Part shown: positions 40,031 to 55,521 of the stretch, one piece after another
Layout of the letters: each line of letters opens with the position of its first letter
Position numbering within the stretch: the stretch's first letter is position 1
Assembly: GCF_963506605.1 (NCBI RefSeq)
Contig: NC_083278.1
Location: forward strand, 51,460,001-51,524,000
Length of the DNA: 64,000 bases
Source: Zootoca vivipara
Taxonomy: Eukaryota
Reading direction: 5' to 3'
Notes under the pieces: generated by a model
The model's database searches: none
Seen by the model: the letters and a program-made list of their open reading frames with translations, nothing else
What the model was told of the DNA's origin: nothing
Program-made: the position numbers and the translations under genes

Positions 40031-41743
40031 AGTATTACGTCTGCTCAGGTCCACTAGTAGAAAATGGGCTCAAATGTTAAGAGAGACCTGAGATTCACCA
40101 GTGGATGTCTATTTGTACACACATGCCTGCACTGACTTACAACCCAATAACATCAACTTTAACTCCAAAATAGTCCCTATTTGTTTGAATAAAACTTACT
40201 AAATAATTAGCATTGGTTGTTTTAGAAATCGATCCAAGAAAAGTAGAAACCTTTTTCATTTGTACACAGCTTATCTGAGATCAAATGTGACTCATGCCCA
40301 GGAATAAACTTTCAGATCCAACAGATTGGCAGCAATCTTTCCCACCCTTCAAAGATTTTGAAGGATTTTCAGAGTCCACATCAAGATGGACAGCTCCCAG
40401 TCATTATAGTCAGAATTCCATGAAAGCTATTTCCCAGTAAACAATACCACATGCAGGAATGGCTCATTTTGTTTTTGTTTATCATCTAAAACTAATATTT
40501 TAGGAATACCTTTGCTTAGAAAATGCACTTGATGGCTTCCTGTTTTCTCCTTGCCAAACTGTCCAAATTTATCCTGTAAACCACTTTCAATGTCTTGGGC
40601 TTGGGCAGCTCCACAACTTTGTCTCCTCCCTGTACCTCAGCTCTTCCCCCACAAAATCACAGGGGAATTTTTATACAGCACCTCTTAGATTGTGAAAGCG
40701 CAATTTATTTTATAGTTGCAGGGTTTTTATTTCAAATTATGGCAAATCTCAGTTGTGTTTCCTCATACATGATAATGACTTCATATATTGGAGTGATGTT
40801 TTAGTGGCTGATAGATTTTGGTTCCCTGGCATCTTTTATCCATCAGCTTTAGTTGCCAGGCAGACAGTAATAATACTCCAGAGCAGGAATGGGGAGAAAT
40901 CTGGTTAATGTTTTAATGCAAGTCCACCTAATTTCAACTTCCTCAAAGAATGTGAACAGAAAGACAGCTTCAGTTCATCCATCAACATTCACACAATCAC
41001 ACATCTTCAAATTTCACGATACACCTTTTCACTCATCCATCCCATAAAAACTTAAAGAGGCGGAGGCAGTTTTAATTTTGAAAGCAAAGATGGATCCTGG
41101 CACGCCTACTGCTTGCTGAGAATAGGACTGGGTGACTCAACCTGTACTAAATTATATTGTGATGATTTATAAATATCAGAGTCTGGTTGCAGTTTCAGAT
41201 CCGAAGAATGGGTGCTGCTTCAACTCTTGGAAGAGCACAAAGAACCATTTTTATTCACGTATTCTTATAAGCTGTAAATGTTGGAATCTGTGTTTTTTCA
41301 TGTGATCGTGTTTGCTGAGTGAACTACAGGGAGGAGAATGTGTGTCAAACAATGCAAAGAATACACAAAGAATACACTCTGGGTGCCCTTGTCTCTTATC
41401 AAACTTCTCTGCCTTGAACTGGCATGCAGTATGAAGGTACAGTTGTTTTTCTATAGGCTGGCAGGGATTTGAATGTTAATTAATCATTGCCATTCAGTAG
41501 GAATCAAATGCTTTCTCCATCTAAAATGTTTGTGAGGCAATTTTTTATTAGAGTTCAAATAAGTTCTCCCATCGAACTACTTTTTCAAATCAAGTTTTGG
41601 CCCGCTTGCAATGTTTATCATCCTTGGGGGTCAGATGAGTTCCTGTGGAATTGGACTTTGTCACTCTACTTGCACAACCAGGGGAGTGAGGTGAGGGAGC
41701 CACCAGCAGCCCTGTCCTCTGAAATAAAGTCAAATGTGTTCAA

Positions 41744-42374
41744 ATCAAATAAACTTTATTCGCATTAGCCAATGGCCATAGCAACAATAAAACCAACAAT
41801 ATATACAGGTAAAAACATTAGGTAAGAGGGGCAATTAAGTGTCCTGAGTTGTCGGTCAATTGGTGGCCCTTAATCTCATTGCACCCTCAATAAATCTAGC
41901 AACCTTTGCTGTTATCTGGTCATTTTGGTCTGATAGGAGAAAGAGCAATGTAGCCGCAGGTGGGCGACCTGGGATGGTTGATAGGAGTGGAGTAATAATC
42001 TCGTTCCTCGAATCTTTGTAAAGGGAGCAGGACAGGAGGACATGTGCCACTGTTTCTATATTGCCATCTCCACAAGGGCAAAGTCATTTCTCAATTAAGA
42101 TCTTTTGGAATTGGCCCTCAAGTACAGCAGAGGGCAAAACATCCATTCTGGCAAGTTTGAAGGCATGTCTATATTTTGGAAAAGTGAGTTTGTGCAAATA
42201 TGAGGCCAAAGAATCAATATTTTTTTGGGGGGGGAATGGGCATACCATGGACAAAATTTCTTTATAATAGCCAGATTGTTCTGTTGCTCTATGTCCTTCA
42301 GTCGCTGTCCGATTAGAGTTTTCGGTTCGGTGAGGCTCATCGTGAGTAGCTGATGTGGGGAGAGGCTGCAAGAG
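41744..42374 (-). mobile_element. Second RTE-X-like LINE 3' fragment
   Basis: AFKLARMDVLPSAVLEG...CPC...HVLLSCSLY; TSD CAAATGTGTTCAA (41731-41743, 42375-42387); site empty at ~57432. Confidence 0.75.
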
Positions 42375-43034
42375 CAAATGTGTTCAATAAGACTTTCCCG
42401 CATAATAAACTTGTTTAGGAATGAAGCTTTCAAAGAGATTATTCAGATTACTGCATGTTTGTTCAGTACCAGAAAAATGAATATCTGTTCCGGCAGTCAA
42501 AGTTCTCCACCAATTATTTGCAACACATGGATTGCTAATTGCCCAAGAATTTTTCAGGGGCCAAAGGTGAGTAAATGACAAGCAGCATAAAATATAATTT
42601 CTATTGTAATTCTTACCTTACTTTTTCTACAGTTTGTGAAATTATCCTAGTATATCACACAGCTATGCATACCCAACAATTTGGTGTAACCCACCAAAGT
42701 GACCTATCTTCACCTGGGAAATGATCAAGTATCCATCTTTATTTTGTATGACCATTACAAAGAAATTACTTCTTGTCTGTAGTACTTCTACTCAAAATGG
42801 CTTCAAATAATCACAAACATCTGTTCCAACAATCACCGCTCTTGACCAATTATTTGCAATACATGGACTGACAGATACTATAACACATGCACACCCTGTT
42901 CTAGAGAAGGACCTAAGTACAGTGGTACCTCGGTTTACAAACACAATTGGTTCCGGAAGTCTGTACTTAACCTGAAGTGTACTTAACCTGAAGCGAACTT
43001 TCCCATTGAAAGTAATGGAAAGTGGGTTCCATTA

Positions 43035-43860
43035 TAAGTGGGAACCTACTTGCATATTTGGTGGCATTGCAAAAAAATTAAAGGATTCTGGGATGACATA
43101 TATAATGAAATGAAAAAAATCTTAAAATATTCTTTTAGGAAGGAATCTTTTTACATTGCCACCAAATGTGAATAAATGAGCCTGCCTCTTCATGACACCT
43201 CCAACAAGTATTGTCACTCCCTTTATATATTTTCACCAATTTCACCGGGGTCAGATACCATCTATATTGCATTTTCAAGATATTTTCCTTTAAATCATAA
43301 TTTGGTGTAAATTTTATATCTTTTATCCACAATTGTTCCCATTTTTCTACCGATATTGCTGTCCCCTAATCCTGTCCCCATTTTATCATAATTTCTTTTG
43401 TTAATTCATATTTCATCTCCCATTCTAATAATGAATCATATAAATTTTTAATATATTTATTATCCCCTTCTATTATAATTTTATCAAATTTTGAAAAACT
43501 ATTTTCAAAGCCTGATTTCTTATCTATTTGGAAACGTTGATTAATTTGGAAATATTGGAGCCAAACATGTAAGTATTTTTGTACTTCTTTATATTCTTTT
43601 AATTTTATTTCCCCTTCTACCTTTTCTAATAATAATTTATAAGTCGGCCAATTTTCCTCCAATTTTTTTCTTTTTACTGCTACTGTTTCCAATTGAGAGA
43701 TCCACCACGGTGTCTTTGGTTCCAATATACCTTTATATTTTTTCCAAATTTTTAGGAGTCACTTCCTTATAATGTTATTATTAAAATTACTGTATTCCTT
43801 TAATATTTCTTCTATCAGGTACTTGTGCCACCCCAAAGCAAGGCCCACCCCTTCCAGATC
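43035..43860 (-). mobile_element. L1-clade ORF2 C-terminal fragments (two pieces, inverted)
   Basis: Minus strand KMQYRWYLTPVKL...CWRC...HIWWQC; plus strand GTYLHIWWHCKKIKGFW at ~43040-43135. Confidence 0.75.
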
Positions 43861-43943
43861 TAACTTTACCTTTACCTTACAAGTAGGCCTGGATTAGATG
43901 CATACCATGCACATTATTTTTTACTTTCACACCCTCAGCAAAC

Positions 43944-48463
<4,520 letters not shown>

Positions 48464-50496
48464 TGCCTGCACAAGAATAAAGAGAAGAGAACAGTTCCCT
48501 CTATTATGTGACAACGGGAAATAAGATTTGACAGAAGGTCACACCAGGGCTACTAACTCTTTCATTTATCACTATTTTGTTTTTGTTCATCTCCTTTTAA
48601 ATTTTCTATGTCGTTGCAATGTAGGTGTTTTACTGCACTTTGTGCTTTGAACTTTCTTCTGAGCGAAAAACAGTGGGCATTTCTTAGCACCCGTCAGGTA
48701 CAACTTTTCAGACTTCAGGCTACTCCCAGTATTCTTGTAGCAGGGAACGGCTACTCTGCCCTTTCACGAGCAGTTCTACAGCCTTCAGTAATAAAACATT
48801 TTGAGCATGAGAAAAAAGGGAAAAAAGAAATAGAGGTGTCATTTTGTGAAATCCTACTCCTTTTGCAGATCTCATAGTGAGCCACATAAAGATCTACCAT
48901 TTAAAGGACAGCGACTTGGCTCATCATTGAGACAACAAAGCATTATTTTCCTCCTACTTTATGTCTGTTTTTTTGAACGGTGCTGCTTTCAGCTCAAAGC
49001 TGGCTTTGCCCTGCACAATAAAGCTTTTCTAGCCAGCTCTTTCACCCTGATGTGGTTGTTTCTCAAGTGCATGTGTGCAGCATTCATAATAGCAGCCCTT
49101 GGCCTCACTTTATGCTGCCTGACGTCATAGTTTGGTAAGTGCTGCTATTCTGACATTCGTTCTTGTACTCAGGGGAGGTGGGAAGGAAGCAAAATCCTCC
49201 CCCCTGTCAATGGATCCAGGGAAAATGCAAGACTGAAGTCTATTGGGAACTCTTGCCAATTCCTCCTGGGCACTTGATCCGCTTCAAGAAATTGGGATGA
49301 CGAATTTTCTTGCCTGCCTGGGGCCAAACCACTTTTCCTTTTAGTGTTACCCTGTGACTGTTCCTGGGGTTGTTGGAGAGATTTATTTCTGTTCTACTCC
49401 CCCTGCGACAGACAGCGCATGCAAGTCCGTTTGCAAAATGAGTGGATTTTGGATAAATGGGACACATGGCTCTGTGTATGTTTGAGACGGAATGGATGTG
49501 GAAGAGGGGACAGATAGATGGGGTGGTAAAGAGAAAGCTGTTTCTCACTGCCCATTTGGCTTCCATTGCCAGTTCTGGCTGCAACTGCTGCTGAATTGTG
49601 GTGCCCAAGCACATTCCATGGAGGGAATGCTGCCCTCAGCTTCATCTATGATAATACAGAGAGTTAACTGCACATACAATAAGCCATGTTGGGGCAGGCG
49701 CTGCAGTACTGAGACACCACTGCCAAAATAACCCTTTCCTCTCTCTTTTTAGTCTCCCCCTACCTCCCCCCGCACCAAATTCTCTCCTCCCACGTAGCGT
49801 CTGACAAGGTAGGCACTTGCAAGGGTGGGCTCAGTGGATATGAGGAGGTGGGCAATTGTTATGGGAGAAGGTTCAAGGCTCCATTGGGTGCTGAGGAAAC
49901 CAAAGATGTCTCCAGTGGGTTGCTTGTCTTTTATACCTGTTGGGACATTTCAGGCCATAATATATAATATAATGTATCAAATTGAGATATACCACCTTGT
50001 GACATTTTAGACTTATAATGTAAGTCATAAGACTTAGATGGGTTATAAAGTAAATAAAAGAAGTTATAACAATAGTCAGTGCTTATAATTGTTAAAGAAA
50101 TAAAGTGCCATGAAGACAGAAAATCACTTTAATACTCTATATAAATCTTGTGTTTCATCGCTAAGAAATGCAACAATCTTTTAGTGGAAAACACTGTATG
50201 TACTAACAAGAAAAAAACTCCGTTTGCTTTTCCAATAAATAAATGAGCAGGGTTCCACTTGCACAATTGGAGTTCACATTCAGTCCCCTTAAAAAAAGTT
50301 TTAATCTCTGGTAGCACAAATGGTGCACTCTGTGTGACACGAGAAAAGAATATTAACTGTGACAAGAGTTTTCATGCATCAGATGAAATAACTTGTTGCC
50401 CCTCGGAACTCTTGCAAGAAAGAGTAGATTTGTTGTTTGTCATTCAGTAGTCTTGCTTTCCCCTGGAAAATATAATTTACAACAAAACTTACTTAC

Positions 50497-50626
50497 CTTT
50501 TGTTTTTAGAGTCAAAAAGTGTGGGGGAGAGAGGGAGAGAGGGGGAAAGTGGGATCTCTTCTGCTGCTTGGAGTATTTCAGCTTTTCAAGGCTCAAGTTC
50601 AGAGCTCACCAGGAAACTGCTTTATA
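50497..50626 (-). promoter_or_regulatory. TATA box and non-coding first exon of SULT copy 3
   Basis: Minus-strand TATAAA at 50626-50621 and consensus donor AAG|gtaagt at 50497/50496; paralogous to 36857-36986. Confidence 0.6.
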
Positions 50627-51567
50627 GAATTCTGTCAGCTGAGAAGAGTTGGCTCCTCCTTAGTAAATAATTCCTGGCATATTATGCAAGAAAAGAAAGG
50701 TAACACGGATGCACAGAGGCTGACAATGTAAAGACAACAGGGGGAGAACTTGCTTCTTTGCACAAGGAACAGCCAATATCAACAGTGGTCTTTGGCCATT
50801 TAAGAAATAAATGCAGTATTACGTCTGCTCAGGTCCACTAGTAGAAAATGGGCTCAAATGGTAAGAGAGACCTGAGATTCACCAGTGGATATCTATTTGT
50901 ACACACATGCCTGCACTGATTTGCACCCCAATGAAACCAACTTTAACTCCAAAATAGTCCTTATTTGTTTTAATAAAACGTACTAAATGATTATCATTGG
51001 TTGTTTTAGAAATCTATCTAAATCTATCCAAGAAAAGTAGCAACCTTTTTCATCTGCACACAGCTTATTCCAAAGTTTGGTGAATTCTGACTGTGTGATC
51101 CATTTGTTCTCGGTAGAGAAAGGTGAACTCTCCCCTGTTGTTTGAGTCACTCGCTTTGAGGAATTTATCAACATTTTAACAACCGAACTGTCTCATTTAC
51201 ACTCGCACAGGCCACCTAAGAAGAGAGGAATTGGCAATTGGACTGATAAAGAAACCATAGCAATCAATACCGAGGTTAGGCGAATTTACAGAGAGTTCAG
51301 AGACAGCTCACGATTGCCTGACATTTACTTCTCCAGATTCTGACAACTCAGGGAAACTATCCAGCTTAGCCGGATAAGATATAATTAGGCATGTTGGGAT
51401 ATGCTAATTGCGTCGATCCTAACGAGAGATCATAAGAAATTCTGGAAGGCTGTCATTATAAACCGAGGAGTAGAGCAGGGCTGTGTTCTCACTCCCTCTC
51501 TTTTTAACCTTTTTCTTAACTACCTTGCTTCTTCACTAAAACAGGTGGATGCCCATAGTCCAAAACT

Positions 51568-54500
51568 TGAAATGATGGACCTAAGCCCAAGTCCGGATGT
51601 CAGGAGCAATGGAGCCAACACAAAGAGGCAAAACGCCAGGCAGGATACAACAAGGTTTATTTGTTTAGCATATGCCAAGCAAAGGTGCAGCGCAATAAGC
51701 TGGCAATCTGCACACCCACTGGTGGGTGCATGATCCTTTTATACAGTCACAAACAAGCATCATCTGATTTCCTCAAAAGCACGTGATTTCTAGGAAAACG
51801 AAACTTATAGAAAACTTACAGGAATTCGAAACTATTAACAAAAACACCTCATTCCTGAAACTGCCACCCTCCCTATTCCTTTATCTGTACCTGAATGCCT
51901 AACTGGTACTCCTTTCTCCCTCCTTATTCTGGGGGACTGAATGTCAAATGGCACAGACTGTTTGATACATTATAAAGGAATACTGTAATTGAACTGTACT
52001 TTATAAGACAGATATATATGATATGAACAAAGCTTCAGTGTGGCATCTTGGAGGTGTCTGTTTTAACAAACAATAAACAATGAGATTATTGAGCCTCAAA
52101 TACATGACTATATAATAGCAAGGCTTTTCATATACACAAAGATGGAAAGACTTATACTTAAAATATTGGACAGGAAATCATTATATTGTGCAAAATTCTT
52201 GAATCATAACCACTCTCTGTCACTGTCCTTCATTCCTCACTTTCTCTATTTGACAGATTTCACTCGGAGAGGAAAACGCGTCATCCTGTGGCAAGCTTCT
52301 ATAAAGGGCCATTATGTGGGGCGTGGTTGTTCGATCAATCAGCTTATTAACTTGCTGTTGTACACACTGGCAAATACACGGGGCTAAGCAAAGAACACAT
52401 AAAAAATGGCTATGGGACCCAATAATGCGGTTAACAAACCCTTTAACCAAGATGAGCCTGGGAGCCATCTGAAAAGGGAATCAATCCAGGAGGGCCCCTG
52501 TGAATATAGAGGATTAACATGAACCAGTTCTTCCATTTCGGCAATGGTCTGAATTAAGTTGACCCCATAATCTGAGACATAAAACAAACCGGTTTGTAGG
52601 GCGACATTCTTTATCTGTTCAAATTAATCCTTTACCAATTTCAAGGAGAGTATAGTTCTGTTGAACAGACCCTCCGTCCAATTAGATAATGTGTGTAGAT
52701 CATGATAATTAAGGGCGGTTCCAAACCAGGGGAGCCAGCCTCTTAAAAATGGCTGAAGCCTCTAGCCAGTGGTAGTTCAGTGAAGTCTACCACCACTTCT
52801 TCCATAGGGATGAACCCTCCACTCTGGATTCCCGGTGGGGGCAGCACCCCTGCCCTTGGATTGTTTTTGGCACAGAGATTACTTGTGGAATCCTAGTACT
52901 TTGGGAGAAAAAAGTGGTCTATGCTTTACATTTACCAGGAAGGTCTACCAATATTGACTGGAATGTGCAGTTTGTTTTTACGGTACCTTTTTGTGATCTC
53001 AGGTTTCAGCCTCCTGGTCCCTTGACCTTCAGCATACCACAGCAACACCCCTCAATATGCATCCCTGGTATAAGGGCTTGCATTGATTGACCTAAAGCAG
53101 TACCCCATGTAGCTAGGTGGTGACACTTCCTGGAGAGAAAATGCCCCATCCTGCCCATTTTGAGGTTTCTTTGGCTTTGGTCCTGCGCTCAGAGGGGTGA
53201 GCCTGTTCATTTGCTATTTAAAGGGACAAAAGCCAATTGCACCTTGGATACACTTGCCGAATTCAATTAGAATTTATATAGCCCCATGGTTCTCAACCTT
53301 TCAAACCAATCTGTTAAAAAAGAAATTCTTAAAAGGGCACTTGTCCAAATTAATCAATTTAACTCTATAAGGGATCATTCCTGCTAAATCAAAGCACAAT
53401 CAATTTTCCTGTTATCTGGGCTTTCACGAATCTTGAAGCTTCTCCTTGAATGTGTAGAGAAGGCTGGCACACTGCAGAGTTCCAGGTGGGAGAAAGAAAT
53501 GTGGTCATAAATTGATCTAATCTAAATATTGGACTACGCAATAGCCTGATCTATTAGAGACCATACAATACTTGAGAATCCTCTACTGGGGTGTAAGGAA
53601 TAATACACTATACAATAACTTACTATACCTTTAACATGAAAACAATTACACACAAAAATTGCCCCCCCCCCCATTTGTGGAAATAACATATACTTGTCAG
53701 ACATAGGTCAATGTTTCTGAATAATATCACGTAACATAAAACATAATAATTATATAACAGTTGCATATCTTGTGGCAATCGGGATCTTGCTGCTATTACA
53801 TATCCTTTCACTCCTAGATCAATCTTGAGATCAAAAGGGATAACATGTCCTTGCAATTCAAGCTTTGCAACAATAACCCTCCTTTGGTCAGTCTGTTTTG
53901 TTTTTGTTTGGTAATGGGGTTGAAATCTGTATGAAATCTGTGTCAGGAATGTTCTTCCTGGGAAAGCTGTGAGAAGAATTTTTGCATGTTAAGTTGGAAC
54001 TTGGCAACCTCTTAAGTAGCCCCTGGAGCAAAAGCCACAAAGGGGTGTTCTCCCTTAATGGTTCCAAGTTTTACATGAAGAAGTTTTAATTTAAGTTTCA
54101 TGTGCAGAGCATAACTTTGTCACCTTAGTTAAAACCTCTTGTGTTTCTCAATCTCTCTCTCTCTCTCTTATTTTTAAATTGACACTAGCCTCTGTGCATG
54201 TACAGAGTTCGTGGTTCAGAAATCTATTGTACCATTTAAAAGTGCTGCATCTGCTGGCTAAATTACCATTCGAATAAAGGATGGGAAGGGTGAGGAGTAG
54301 ATTTAAAAATAGGGTTAGATTTAAAACAAAAAAACCTAGCAAAGTTTTTCCAAAGCCAGTTTAAATCTGTTTTCCTAGTTTGGAGCCCTAATACAATTTG
54401 ATACATTATTTATTGTTTCTTGCTGCTTAAGAAGCAGGCTTATAAATCTTAAACTTTAAATATATAGAACTTCAACATCCAAGGAACCCAATCTTTCCAC

Positions 54501-54684
54501 CAGAAAAATGCAATAAAAATTTTGGTCAAATTAAATTTCTAATGAAATCTAAGAGCTAATGAATCATGTTTCTTGCACCAAACAGACATATACCCCAGGC
54601 AAAGGAAATTGGGAGTTATTTTGCCTCCTTTATCTAGAGGCTTTGGGGTACAGATTTCTATTTTAAAATTATTACACAATGTGG

Positions 54685-54721
<37 letters not shown>

Positions 54722-55521
54722 GTGTGCTTTCCTTCTGGTCATTAGCGGAAAACCATCCACAGTGAGAGATTTTACTTTCTTGGGCTCCTTAATCACTGCA
54801 GATGGTGACAGCAGTCACGAAATTAAAAGACGCCTGCTTCTTGGGAGAAAAGCAATGACAAACCTAGACAGCATCTTAAAAAGCAGAGACATCACCTTGC
54901 CGACAAAGGTCCGTATAGTTAAAGCTATGGTTTTCCCAGTAGTGATGTATGGAAGTGAGAGCTGGACCATAAAGAAGGCTGATCGCCGAAGAATTGATGC
55001 TTTTGAATTATGGTGCTGGAGGAGACTCTTGAGAGTCCCATGGACTGCAAGAAGATCAAACCTATCCATTGTGAAGGACTTGGAGATCAGCCCTGAGAGC
55101 TCACTGGAAGGACAGAATGTGAAGCTGAGGCTCCAATACTTTGGCCACCTCATGAGAAGAGAAGACTCCCTGGAAAAGACCCTGATGTTGGGAAAGATTG
55201 AGGGCACTAGGAGAAGGGGATGACAGAGGATGAGATGGTTGGACAGTGTTCTCGAAGCTACGAACATGAGTTTGACCAAACTGCGGGAGGCAGTGGAAGA
55301 CAGGAGTGCCTGGCGTGCTATGGTCCATGGGGTCACGAAGAGTCAGACATGACTAAACAACTAAACAACAACAACATCCACTCTCTTATGTATGAGTGAA
55401 ATGAATGCAAGGCTTTTCATATGCACAAAGATGGAAAGACTTATACTTAAAATATTGGACAGGAAATCATTATATTGTACAGAATTCGTGAATAATAACC
55501 ACTCTCTGTCACAGTCCTTCA
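51568..55521 (-). mobile_element. Internally deleted endogenous retrovirus (3' LTR 52232-51568, env TM remnant, partial 5' LTR ~55521-55405)
   Basis: TG...CA LTR with TATAAAA (51743-51737) and AATAAA (51661-51656); PPT GAGAAAGTGAGGAA abuts the LTR. Frameshifted env TM tail SWIDSLFRWLPGSSWLKGLLTALLGPIAIFYV...PCICQCVQQQV...LYRSL. 55405-55521 repeats 52118-52232. Confidence 0.8.
54761..55374 (+). mobile_element. RTE-BovB LINE, 5'-truncated, nested in the ERV
   Basis: ORF DFTFLGSLITADGDSSHEIKRRLLLGRKAM...; (CAA)n tail; TSD CATCCAC. Confidence 0.92.

Noticed and set aside
52220-52587. env fragment as a syncytin-like captured gene
   Set aside because: Frameshifted and truncated; no intact SU/TM ORF.
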